In this document: one piece after another, positions 37,409 through 49,315 of the stretch
Position numbering within the stretch: position 1 is the stretch's first letter
Layout: the number at the start of each line of letters is the position of its first letter
From: Octopus sinensis
Taxonomy: Eukaryota
Direction: 5' to 3'
Assembly: GCF_006345805.1 (NCBI RefSeq)
Contig: NC_043016.1
Span: 8,432,001-8,496,000 of the forward strand
DNA length: 64,000 bases
Notes under the pieces: model-generated
Seen by the model: only the letters and a program-made list of their open reading frames with translations
Database searches by the model: none
What the model was told of the DNA's origin: nothing
Translations under genes and position numbers: made by a program

Positions 37409-37435
37409 ATATATTTATATATTTATATATATATA

Positions 37436-37790
37436 TAGGGAGAGTTTACGAAAAAAATAAAAGACGAAGGCAGGTGGTGTACAAAACAAACAGATGTATT
37501 AGTATAAAGCTCAGGAATAGAAAAAGTCTTTTACGTTTCGAGCCTACGCTCTTCTACAGAAAGGGACACAGAAAAAAACAAGGAGAGAAACAAGGAAAGA
37601 AAAAAAAAGGAGAGAAAAAAACAAAGGGAGGAAAAAAAGGAGAGAAACAAGACGAGAGAAAGGAGAGAAAAAGAAGGAGAGAGAAAAAGGAGAGAAAAAA
37701 CAAGGGGAGAAACAAGGAGAGAAAAAAAGGAAAGAAAAAAAGAGAGAAAAAAGGAGGGAAAAAGGAGAGAAAAAAAGGAGAGAGAAATAT
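37436..37790 (-). mobile_element. PLE-derived family H1 element (hammerhead-like motif 37528-37563) with expanded GGAGAGAAA(A)n minisatellite
   Basis: Reverse complement of 23028-23207; purine array at ~37570-37790; TA tracts on both sides. Confidence 0.7.
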
Positions 37791-38007
37791 ATATATAAGT
37801 TGCGACGTCACTGGTGTCAAGCTGTATCAGCCTTTGCCTTTCCCTTGGATAACATCGGTGGCATGGAGAGAGAAGGGTGGTATACATGGGTGACTGCTGG
37901 TCTACTACAAAGAATCTTGCCCGGGCTTGTATCTCGGAGAGGATCTTTCTAGGTGCATTCCCATGGTCATTCGCAACGGAAGGCGGTCTTTGTATATTTA
38001 TTGTGTA

Positions 38008-38400
38008 CTAGCAGTATCGCCCGGCGTTGCTCGGGTTTGTAAGGGAAATAACTATATAAGCATTTTTAGAGAGTTATAGCCAAAAAATAGCAAAAAATGC
38101 ATTTAAAATGGGAAAAAATGATGGTAAATTTTTTTTAAATCGTTGACTCATCGTAGACATTTTTAGAGAGTTACTTCCCTTATATAATAGCGAAAAAATG
38201 CATTAAAATGGAAAACAATGATGGTAAATTATTTTTAAAATCGTAGACTCATCATAGACGCGCGCTAATACCCAGAAGGGCTCGATATGAATCACGACTA
38301 CAAGATACCCGGTTTTGGTTAAACTGCACCGCAAAATGTGGGAGTGGTTAGGAATCTAAATCGTAGGAGACAGACACACAACCTTACTTTTATATATAAA
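38008..38400 (-). mobile_element. Helitron family A, short form
   Basis: Reverse complement of 9754-10153. Confidence 0.9.
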
Positions 38401-38963
38401 TATGTAAGTGTGTGTGCGCGCGCGCGCGCGTCTGTGTTTTTAAAAGAATGTACTGGAGTCGATTTGTTCGACTCACCTTTCTCAAAGAGCAGTGCTGCAG
38501 CAAAGGCTGTAGTCGAATGAAAAATGAGTAAAAGAAAAAGAAGTGCCATGATCTTCAACTTTCCGTTCTCCTTAAGATAGTAGGATACGATTTGGGAGAT
38601 ATGTAGCTCTTATTTCTTGTAGTTTGTATGCTAATAATGAAGTTTCTTCGTTGGCACGATATGTTGATGTTTAGTCCAAAATCAGTTTTTATTGAGTAGA
38701 CTTTTGAGCAAAGATACTCCAACCATGACCATCACGTCTGCTGTATATCATCGACTACATAAGACAGCAGAGTGTAACTTGAAGGGGATGTGGATGCTAT
38801 TTTTGAAGATCAGCTTATTTTACCACGTTCTAAAAATGTCGGTTACCAAACAATCAGCTATTCACAGGGACCAGAAGGGGTCCATTTAAGAGTTAAGTAC
38901 CTTAGTCGTGTTTACAAACAAATTTTTGCCTTCATCCTTATAAGAATATATAGAGCTTCAGTT

Positions 38964-39376
38964 AAGGCGAGCTGGCAGAAACGTTAGCACGCCAGGCGAA
39001 ATGCGTAGCCGTATTTTGTCTGCCGCTACGTTCTGAGTTCAAATTCCGCCGAGGTCGACTTTGCCTTTCATCCTTTCGGGGTCGATAAATTAAATTCTAG
39101 TTACGCACTGGGGTCGATATAATCGACTTAACCCGTTTGTCTGTCCTTGTTTGTCCCTTCTGTGTTTAGCCTCTTGTGGGTAGTAAAGAAATAGGCATTT
39201 CGTCTGCCATTACGTTCTGAGTTCAAATTTCGCCGAGGTCGACTTTGCCTTTCATCCTTTCGGGGTCGATAAATTAAGTACTAGTTACGTACTGGGGTCG
39301 ATATAATCGATTTAATCCCTTTTTCTGTCCTTGTTTGTCCCCTCTATGTTTAGCCCCTTGTGGGCAATAAAGAAAT
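38964..39376 (+). mobile_element. SINE A dimer (near-full copy plus head-less unit)
   Basis: Junction aaagaaata|ggcatttcgtc at 39193/39194. Confidence 0.9.
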
Positions 39377-40309
39377 AAGAATTAAAAAGCAACATCTAAG
39401 GGACGTAATCCATAGGGCTTTGTAAGTTACTTCCCTTGCATTTATTTTCCACCTCTGTTTTATTCCACCTCTGTTTTATGCTTACCTGGTAACATAAATG
39501 ATTGTTCAACTCGTCTAACACAGCTGCTAAATTTCTGCATCTATCCGTTTTAACAGGGATTTTCTTTTTAATGTTCGCTCTCCATGTCTTAATTTACTTA
39601 TCAATCATTAGAATTTTGAATATCAGAGTTTCCGAGTCTGCAAAAGAAAGGCTTTAAAAAATAAATATGCTTAAACACACATATATACGTACATACACAG
39701 GCAAACACACACACACACACACGCACACACGCACACACGCACACACACACACACACACACACACTGACCCACACACATGCGCACAAACAAACAAAAGGGA
39801 ACGCATTGTAAATAACGGACAGAGTCAAAACTGTTGAAAAGGTTGCAAGACGCAACGGAAATTTTAGGAAAATAAAAATAAGAAAAAAGAAAGTCGAAAT
39901 GTTACCGGTGAGTGTGTTATATAATAAGGCACAAAAAGAAAATGACTCTCCCCAGACACAACAGAATATGCTTCAACACACGAACTCACGTAAAGAATCT
40001 TGCAAACCAAATCCAAAAACGAAATTGAAAAAAACAAAAAAAACAGAAACAGCTTATGCTTAGGGTAATTGTAATTGTAGCTGTCGAGCTTTATATTTGA
40101 GCGTACGTGTACGTGTGGAGGGTGCAGTAAGACTTCTTTTTGTAACCCCGCCAAAAAACAACCCCTTTTTTTTCTTAATTTAATTGGGGGGTTTTCTACA
40201 CAAATCCCCGTTTTCGGCTACGGAGAATACGAATCTGCAAAAAAAAAAAAAAAGAAACATGACAAAAATCGGTATTTTGAAATTACCCACCCCACCCCAC
40301 CCCCTAAAT

Positions 40310-40388
40310 TCTTGGAACCATGTTGTTGGGAAGCAAGCTTCTTACCACACACTCATGTATATATATGTATGTGTACATGTGCATAGAA

Positions 40389-40420
<32 letters not shown>

Positions 40421-40475
40421 TTTATCTTTTACTTGTTTCAGTCATTAAACTGCACCCATACTGCACCACTTTGAA
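40310..40475 (-). mobile_element. SINE family B, deleted
   Basis: Head and tail fragments around a (CA)n tract. Confidence 0.6.
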
Positions 40476-41144
40476 GAATTTTAGTTGAATGAATCAAACC
40501 AGTACTGTAATTCCTCAACTATTGCAGGTGTCACATTCCAAAACCCCCTATGATAGGTGAAAATCTGCAAAGTATTGAACTGTATATTTTTTTATTCTTA
40601 TAATTTATATATATTTATCTCTATATATAAAATTTTAGTCTAAATGCAAAACAACACCACAGGGGAATCAACATAAACTTAAATGATAAACTGCAATAAA
40701 TGAACCGTGATATGGCAAGGCATAACTGTACTAATTTTTTTTTTTTATGCATGGTACTTTTTCTATTGGTCTCTTTTGCTGAGCTGCTAAGTTGTAAGAG
40801 ATGTATACACACGAACACCAGAAGCAAGAAGTGGTGGTGGACAAACACAGACACAAACACAAATACACACACACAGAGTTTACATGCTCCATCCAGTGAG
40901 AGATGAATCTCATTGAATGCACACTGTATTAAAATAAGGGCTGCTAATGGTTTCTTGCCATTAAAATTTATATAACTTGCTTTGTGTCTCCAAGCAATCT
41001 GCGGTCTCTGAGCACATGTCCCAAAAAATCAGGATGCTGGTACATGAAAAGACATAAGAAAAACAAGAAGGTCGATGTAAAAAGTGAAATGAGATGATGA
41101 AAGGTGAATAAAAATGGAAATTTCACACGCCCTAATAGGTGTAG

Positions 41145-41535
41145 GAGTGGCCACATGGCTCCAGGTTCAGTCCCACTGCATGGCACCTTGGGCAAGTGTC
41201 TTCTACTATAGCCTCGGGCTGACCAAAGCCCTTGTGAGTGGATTTGGTAGATGGAAACTGAAAGAAGCCTGTCATATATATGTGTATATATATATATATA
41301 TGTGTGTGTGTGTATACGTTTGTGTGTCTGTGTTTGTCTCATCACCAGCACTTGACAACCGATGTTGGTGTGTTATGTCCCTGTAACTTAGCAGTTCGGC
41401 AAAAGGAGACTGATAGAATAAATACTAGGCTTACAAAGAATAAATCCTGGGGACAATTTGCTTGACTAAAGGCAGTGCTCCACATGGCCACACTCAAATG
41501 ACTGAAAAAAGTAGAAGAGAATAAAGAGTAAAGAG
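41145..41535 (+). mobile_element. SINE family B, CpG-decayed
   Basis: Several CG to TG/CA changes relative to 17866 and 26383. Confidence 0.85.
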
Positions 41536-41664
41536 TAAGCAAAGGGTGAATAAAAATGGAAAAAAGAAAGGGAAGAAAAGATAGAAAATTAGAGCTATGG
41601 CTCCTTTGATCATAGAAGCCCTAAGTAAACTAGTTGTAGTAGAATAATTCAATGGAGAAGGGTA

Positions 41665-42035
41665 TCTCTATATATATAAATGGCAAAATGTCTGTGTGTG
41701 TGTGTGTATCCTTTATACAAATCCACAATTTTTTACTTAGAAGGCTCGCACTTTCTATGGTCATTCAAAACTGTCCAAGGGTGGTCATGCACATCTTTAC
41801 ATTTCCCCAGTCACCCCGCAAAGCCATTAAAAAATCAATAGAAGTAACTTTTTTTGTGAATTTTCTATCCAAAACCCAATCAACATGCCTGAAACTTGAT
41901 ACACCAATTGAATGCCAGCTAGCTGTATGTGATTGGTCGGAGATTTGGACAGTACTCGCGTGTATGTGCACATGCACGCAGCTGTACATGCATGCACTAG
42001 CACTATGACCCAGCGTTGCCGGGTCATAGTGCTAG
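41665..42035 (+). mobile_element. Non-autonomous Helitron family D
   Basis: A|TCtctatatatataaa start; 15-bp terminal hairpin ending CTAG|T. Confidence 0.75.
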
Positions 42036-42099
42036 TATATATATATATGTATATGCATGTATATATGTATGCATACATATTCATAGATTTATACATGTA

Positions 42100-42600
42100 T
42101 ATATGTTACTGGAGCTTATTCACTTCTCAATTTTTTAAATACCATCACATATTCCTGTTGAAGGATTTACAATAATTCTTGCACTCGCAAGGTATAACTA
42201 CAAGCAGAACTACTCCTGACAATCTACAAGGGAACGAACAATATTACTGGCCCTCATATCACAAAACTTAAAACCTTCAGTTCATTGAACATTTGTGGAC
42301 ACATTTCCTCACAGTAAACTTGTTAGTTTACAGTTTTCTTCTTCCTTCCTTGAGGACCATGGCAATATCCTTTAACAAATCTTAGCTGTGTTTGTCCATG
42401 CCATCCAACAGCAGCATAGCAAACCACTAATGGCTGTAAGTTACCATATTCCACCAGCAGCTCTTCGTCAAGTATCTTAATTTTCACATTCACTTCTTGG
42501 TAAATGCAATCATTTTGGCTGTTCCAAAGGAGGGTGCACCTATCATATGGTTTCTTGATGATCTAATTAATGCTCGTTAGTTTTGCCTTCAAATTTTCTG
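42100..42600 (-). pseudogene. Tc1/mariner-superfamily transposase catalytic-domain remnant
   Basis: LWNSQNDCIY...VVCYAAVGWHGQTQLRFVKG...TVN*QVY resembles the N.QNDRIY / VWAAI...GKT.L.FV / N...Y motifs. Confidence 0.7.
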
Positions 42601-42929
42601 CTTTTGAAGCAACCACCCTGTATATGCTCAGCCAGGGATTCTGAATTCCACTCAAAAGGTGGTGTTTAACTAATAGCACAAGAACACATAGAAGTCACTC
42701 TGTTACAATGTCAGGAACTAATAGGCTAAATCATTTACTCAATGGAGAGTTCTTCCTCTGAAAATTTCTCCTGCTGTTCACTCACCCTCTACATGAATGT
42801 GTGTGTGTGTGCATGTGTGTGTCAGTATGTGCATGCACACATTCATGCACGTGTGTGTGCATGCATGTGTGTACTTGGTGTCAGGTTAAATTTTGCTATT
42901 TAGGATTTGGCTCTTTGCCATACATCTGG

Positions 42930-43190
42930 AAAAAGTCAGAAGTGGTGGTCAGAGAATTTCTACAACTTCACCAGCTTCAATTTCTGGCCTCCTAATCCTC
43001 CCCAATGGATTACTATGTGAGTCGCAGTTGAGAAAGGTACCAATCGCTCCACCTGCAACACCAAGGCCAATCAAGGTGTTCAAAGATCTTCCCAGAGAAA
43101 CACAGTGAAGTATGCCTGCACCTAGTTCTGAAACCCTGTTCAGGCCATGGTGGACGATGAGGGCAGCTACTTTGTATAAACTATTATCTC
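42930..43190 (+). pseudogene. Mariner transposase C-terminal remnant
   Basis: With frameshifts: FWPPN...DYY..VEKGTNRSTCNTK...KVFKDLPRETVKYAC...AMVDDEGSYF. Confidence 0.8.
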
Positions 43191-43574
43191 CTAACCATAA
43201 TCTAGTTGGTATATTTTTGATTTTTTTTTTAAAATGCTTTTATTTTTAAATGGAATAGTCCCTTTTCTTTTCTTTTTATGCAAACAGTAAAATTTAGCCA
43301 GTACACCCTCTGTCTGTGTGTGTGTGTGTGTGTGTGTGCTTTATTATATTTGCACTCAACGAAAGTCATGAGGTTTCAGCGGTGTTTGTTGTTGTTGTTG
43401 TGCGCTCTCTTTATTAACGAATCATCCATTTACTTTGAACTTTCAAAGGTGTGTGAAATAAGTAATCTCTTGCTTGAAAAACAGGTAAGAGCAAGCTGCA
43501 GCAAAATACATCCGGCTACAAAACAATATTAATAATAAATTTGGTTAACCTTTGTTAGCACAGAAAAAAGCAGA

Positions 43575-44010
43575 TCATCATCATCATCATCATCGTCGTC
43601 GTTGTCGTCGTTTAACGTCCGCTTTCCATGCTGGCATGGGTTGGATGGTTTGACTGAGGCTGGCGAACCAGATGGCTGCACCAGGCTCCAGTCTTGATCT
43701 GCCCTTCCGAACGCCAACCACTCCGAGAGTGTAGTGGGTGCTTTTTACATGCCACTGGCATGGGGGCTAGTCAGGCAGTACTGGCAACGACCTCGCTCGA
43801 ATTTTTTCCCACATGCCAATGGCACAGGTGCCAGTAAGGCGACGTTGGTAATGATCACACTGGAATGGTGCCTCCTACATGCCAGTTAGCCACTCTGGCA
43901 ACGATCACACTCGGATGGTGCTCTTAGTACGGGACACAAGTGCCAGTAAGGCAAAGCTGGCAACAATCACACTCGAATGGTGCCTTTTATGTGCCGCTGG
44001 CACGGAATGT
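43575..44010 (-). mobile_element. RTE-derived family D element
   Basis: (CAT)n tail at 43576-43600 and internal subrepeats. Confidence 0.8.
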
Positions 44011-44029
44011 AAAAGTGGATGAGTGAATA

Positions 44030-44465
44030 TGTTACTGGGGCTTATTTCACTTCTCAATTTTTTAAATGCCATCACATATTCATTCCTCTTGAAGGATTTA
44101 CAATAATTCTTGCACTAGCATGGTACAACTACAAGCAGAAGTACTACTGACAATCTACAAGGGAATGAACAATATTACTGGCCCTCATATCACAAAACTT
44201 AAAACCTTCAGAATGGGAACTAGTTCATTGAACATTTGTGGACACATTTCCTCACAGTAAACTTGTTAGTTTACAGTTTTCTTCTTCCTTCCTTGAGGAC
44301 CATGGCAATATCCTTTAACAAATCTTAGCCCTGTTTGTCCATGCCATCCAACAGCAGCATAACAAATCACTGATGGCTGTAAGTTATCATATTCCACCAG
44401 CAGCTCTTCGTCAGGTGTCTTAATTTTCACAAATTCTGAAACCTTCAGAATGGGAACTAGTTCAT
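44030..44465 (-). pseudogene. Second copy of the 42.1-42.5 kb Tc1/mariner remnant
   Basis: About 400 bp alignable to 42100-42490; 27-bp direct repeat at 44202-44228 and 44439-44465. Confidence 0.75.
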
Positions 44466-45074
44466 CCTGATGCACCCTATTCAATCCATTCTCTCTCAAC
44501 TTCAACACATTACATGCCACACTGAAAACGTTTCTCTAACAATCAGCATAAATATTTCAGTAGATGACTCATCCCTTTATGACACTCTTCTCTTGGTAAC
44601 ACAATGTTTCTGAAAAGTTACAACCAACAGAATAAATACAAACCTTCAGCAGAGGAAGTGGAACTTCTGAATATGAATCCTCACTTTGCAGATGCTATGT
44701 TCTCTGATGATAGGAAGTCTACTGTGTCATTAAGATGCTCTGATCCTTGTAGTGATGTCTTTCTCTTCAAGTCTTGTACCTAAACCCAGTTTAGATTATC
44801 TCTATAGATTTTTTTATAGAAATTATAGCCAGCACTGATTTGTTACAATGTTTCATGTCTGAATAAATCTAATATAAACAAGGAGAATGAAAAAATAGGT
44901 ACTAGGTGTATATACATATTTCAGGAATTCTTCATCTTTCATCAGTACCCATCCAACCCATTAACCATCCACAAACTCAATGATTAAATTGCCACTAAAT
45001 ATAGCAGTGTAACATTACTGGATATACCAATTTTACATACAAAGCCTTTTCCTGACAGCTGGTACATACATATA

Positions 45075-45271
45075 ACTTGTAGGGACACCGTATTTCGTTA
45101 TGCAACTATAATATAATACAAAGATTATTAAATGTTTTATGAGTCGATACTGTCTTCTACTGTGTTAGCAGTGTTATTGCTATTGACTTATTACAGTATT
45201 GACTTATAAAGTGTTTAATATACTTTGTAGTGAATCATGGTTGCATAACGAAATACAGTGTCCCTGCAAGT
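45075..45271. mobile_element. MITE with 32-bp terminal inverted repeats
   Basis: acttgtagggacaccgtatttcgttatgcaac and gttgcataacgaaatacagtgtccctgcaagt (2 mismatches). Confidence 0.75.
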
Positions 45272-45967
45272 AATTAACTAAAGCCACAGTATCTGAACTT
45301 CCCAATCAAATGATGCCTCAGAATTTTGAGAATACTCCTGAACTTGATAATTCTAGTTATGAATACTTTAGGGGCTTCTTCTGAATGAGACCATCAGTGA
45401 ATGACAAGGAGGGATGATGGACCCAACCCTCCTTGACAGCTACCCATTCTGTTTCTCTTCATCACTCTAGTCATACTAAACTTGTTTCTTTGTTCTTAAA
45501 GGATTACATTCAATAATTTGTTTAATCTGGCTGTCTACATTAAAGCTGAAATATATTTAAAAAATGCTCCTTCTTGAGTCATATAGAGTCATAGAGCCAG
45601 TTTCCTGGTTTCTATGGTGTATGTATTTACCCCAGGACGAGGCACTAGTCTGTCACAGGAATACTCACTTTTGCCAGCTGGGTGGTCTTGGAGCACTTTT
45701 TCCTCAAGAACACATCACACTGACCAGTCCAGGAATTGAAATCACAATCTTATGCTCATAAGCCCAACACCTTAATCACTAAGCCACGTGCTCCCAATGT
45801 CTACACTGACTGGGAAAGTAATATAATTTAAAAGGTGAGGAGAATGAACTATAACCTATACATATAAATTGTACATACATAGAGAGCTTCAGTGTAAAAG
45901 AGATTTATAATATAACACAATGAACAAGGGAAACTATTTAGTTCTGTAATGACATAATGCACAATGT

Positions 45968-46309
45968 TTACATTATTTACATTTGAGGGATATTTGTCCT
46001 CATCTTTTTTGTTGTTAACACAACATTTCGGCTGATATACTCTCCAGCCTTCATCAGGTGTCTTGGGGAAATTTCGAACCTGGGTTTTCATTCCTAAGGT
46101 TTTTTTTTTATGTTATTATTTTAAGATTCTGAGTTCGATTCCAGGCAGTGACCTGAACAACATCAACAAAATAGAAAAATATCTTAGGAATGAGAAACCA
46201 GGTTCGAAATTTCCCCCAAGACACCTGAAGAAGGCTGGAGGGTATATCAGCCAAAACATTGTGTTAACAAACAAGATGAGAACAAATATCCATCAAATGT
46301 AAATAACGT
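45968..46309. mobile_element. Inverted pair of PLE-derived hammerhead modules
   Basis: Arms 45968-46098 and 46183-46309; hammerheads at 46017-46062 (-) and 46220-46265 (+, GAAA mutated to AAAA). Confidence 0.85.
46017..46062 (-). ncRNA. Minimal type I hammerhead ribozyme motif
   Basis: GACAC-CUGAUGA-A-GGCUG/CAGCC-GAAA-UG-UU|GUGUU; stem III AAUGUU consistent with a decayed AACGUU palindrome. Confidence 0.75.
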
Positions 46310-47730
46310 ACATAATTCCTCATCTCTTAAATATAGAACTGCACAATATGTTTGTTAAAGGATGAATAAAACCCCGAGACAGATTTTAATATATGTCAAT
46401 GTGTGTGTAACATTCCTTGATTTCAGATGTGGTCCCAGTGTGTGGCACCTCAGGCATCTTCTATTGTAGCCTTGGGGCCTTCCAGGGCTTTGTGAATGAA
46501 TTTGCTGATATCAAGCAAACCTGTCATAGCTGTCTATATATAGATGTGTGTATGTGCAAAGAGGTGACTGTGTTAATTGTCTTTGGCTTGGCATCATATG
46601 GTGGTTATAAACAAGCATCTCCATCATACAGACAGTGTCTTTTGGTGCCAAACTTCTTCAAGAACATGACTGGACATGGAAATCTGTTACTCTGTTTTCA
46701 AAAAAGGTAAGGATAGGCAACAGGAATAGCATCCAGGCAGAGAAACGAATTCCATCTGACACATGCAGGCACGGAAAAATAGATGTTAAAACACTAATGA
46801 TAACAATGATGATAAAGAGGAGAGTATATTAACACAGAAAATAAAAAAAAATTGAGAAAAGAATTAAGAATTTGAAAGAGAATGGTTTTTAAATGTTTTG
46901 TATTTATTTTAACTTGTGTACACAGAGGGATGTGAAATTATTTTAGGTACATTCTTTGAAGTTTTTGTTGTATATTTTTCTTTCTTTTTCTTTTATATTT
47001 TCACATTTCGGGAGACGTCAAAAAAATTTTCCCCTCATTCGTATCATTATATTTCTCTCTCCACAATTAAATCAAATTGAAAATAACAAATTAAAAAAAT
47101 TTTTTTTTTAATTAAAAAAAGGGGGAAAAAACAAACTATTGTTTTAATAAAAAAAAAACAAAAACAAAATATTTATGCAAAGAAAAATATAAAATTACAT
47201 TTTTGTTGCTATTGTTGCTCTTCAATGATTCCAAGATATTGGTTAAAATAATGAAAAAAATGAGTGATAAAGAAATTTTAGGCTATGGTATTATGTCTCT
47301 TATTTCTTTCTTCCTTCAGAGGTGTGTTTATAAATAATAGCATTAAAAGAACACAATTTTATGTAAACAGGCAAAACTTAAAGTCCCAGTTGACCCTATA
47401 TGTGTAATATAAAGATACATATATTCATACATACAAAATCACATACATATGCATGCACACTGTACGTATGTAACACACACACACACGTATCTATTTATCG
47501 CCAGATGAGACATATCTGCACCGACGGATGCTCCTGAACCAGTTGTTAAGTGTTACACCTGTGAGGGATCAATGCTAGATGTGTCAAAACAATTGTCATG
47601 CTTAATACGAATTCTTGTATATTCCAACTTCCGTCTCTCATATATATATATATATATATACATATTGGTAAAAACGGTAAGATAACAAAAGAAAGAAAGA
47701 GACCTCAATATTATGTAAATAGAGGAATTT

Positions 47731-47871
47731 ATCTGTAAATATATGTGACAATTATTCGGTAGCCAAGATAAAACTCTGAGTTTCGGATGCCGGGGTGGAA
47801 ATCCACACCACCATCTCTTCATAAGTTTTATCTTGGCTACCGAATAATTGTCACATATTATATTTACAGAT
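47731..47871. repeat. Hairpin with ~45-bp arms enclosing a degenerate minus-strand hammerhead
   Basis: Arms 47731-47775 and 47824-47871; loop reads AUGAAGA-GAUG...CAUC-C-GAAA-CUCAGAG-UU|UUAUC. Confidence 0.7.
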
Positions 47872-48358
47872 ATATGTATATATATATACACATATATGTA
47901 TAAACATGATATACATTCATATATTATGTATAAACATATAATATATGAATATTATATATACATAGATGTACACACATATATACAATATGTACATATACAT
48001 ATACAACTGAAAGAGAGGTAGGGAGAGGAAGGAAATAGAACAAGTTGATCTGCCGTGTGTGTGTGTGTGTGTGCAGCAAATAAGGAATACTGTTGCTAAG
48101 TAACCAACAGCCAAATCCTCAATAACCACACCCAAGCATCTTTACTTTTCTCTTTAAGTACATAAGTGATTTGATGTAGCAAATGCAAAAAAAAAAAAAG
48201 TTTTTAATCACTGGTTTATCCAATTATTGTAGCATTCTGAGGTATTTGCCAAAGAACTGCACCAAAATTGCAGACGTTATCAGAATCTGACATTGCGAAC
48301 CGTAGCAAAGTTCTGAAGTATTAAAATTATATTTTAGTGCAAACTGGATACATAAACA

Positions 48359-48405
<47 letters not shown>

Positions 48406-48619
48406 ATAATAAATCTCTGAGCGAGGTATATGTGTATATATATGTGTGTATGTGTGTATATATATATATATAAACTTACTGTTAACAAAAGTTGGGATGT
48501 GTGGCATTCAGTCATTCCATAAATGAAAAATGCATTAAATACTACAAAGCATGCAGGTAGGTCACACACACAGAGGGGCCGTAATTCTTCATCAGTTATC
48601 AACAGATGTATATATTGAT

Positions 48620-48778
48620 AATTACATATAATAGAAATTTTAAATATAAAATAACAATAATCTACCGATGATTAAGTAAATTGCAAAATACTTAACGTTT
48701 TTGTTATTATTTTGCAATTTATTTAATCATCGGTATATTATTGTTATTTTTATTTTAATATTTCTATTATATGTAATT
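48620..48778. repeat. AT-rich inverted repeat, ~70-bp arms
   Basis: 48620-48690 pairs with 48708-48778. Confidence 0.85.
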
Positions 48779-48835
48779 TTCTAGATGGTGTAATTTAATT
48801 GTTCATTTTGAATTGATAAAAGGTGTTTTTTTCTA

Positions 48836-48873
<38 letters not shown>

Positions 48874-49087
48874 ATCTCAATATATATATAATTGATTAGG
48901 TAGCAGTTTAGCAATGTATCACCAAAAAGGAAAACTATTGAATAATTGTTATTAAATATGATTGAAGGTGTTAAAACACTTACAATGCCCAAAATAAGAG
49001 CTAAAACACTCAGATACTGCAGTCAACGCACATAAATGTATACATACATGCTAACAATGACTGTAAATACCTGAAAGTGTCAATCAT

Positions 49088-49250
49088 GTGATATATATAT
49101 ATATACATATACATACATACATATACATACATACATATATATATATACATATATATACATATACATACATATGTATATATACACATACATATATATATAC
49201 ATACATACATACATATACATACATACATACACATACATACATACATATAC

Positions 49251-49299
<49 letters not shown>

Positions 49300-49315
49300 A
49301 TATACTTTATTTAAA
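49088..49315. repeat. TA/TACA microsatellite
   Basis: Direct inspection. Confidence 0.95.

Noticed and set aside
44650-45549. Minus-strand exon pair (FNVDSQIKQIIECNPLRTKKQ / VQDLKRKTSLQ...)
   Set aside because: Weak GTTTAG donor, unrecognised peptide, competing plus-strand frame; such pseudo-exons are common in AT-rich DNA
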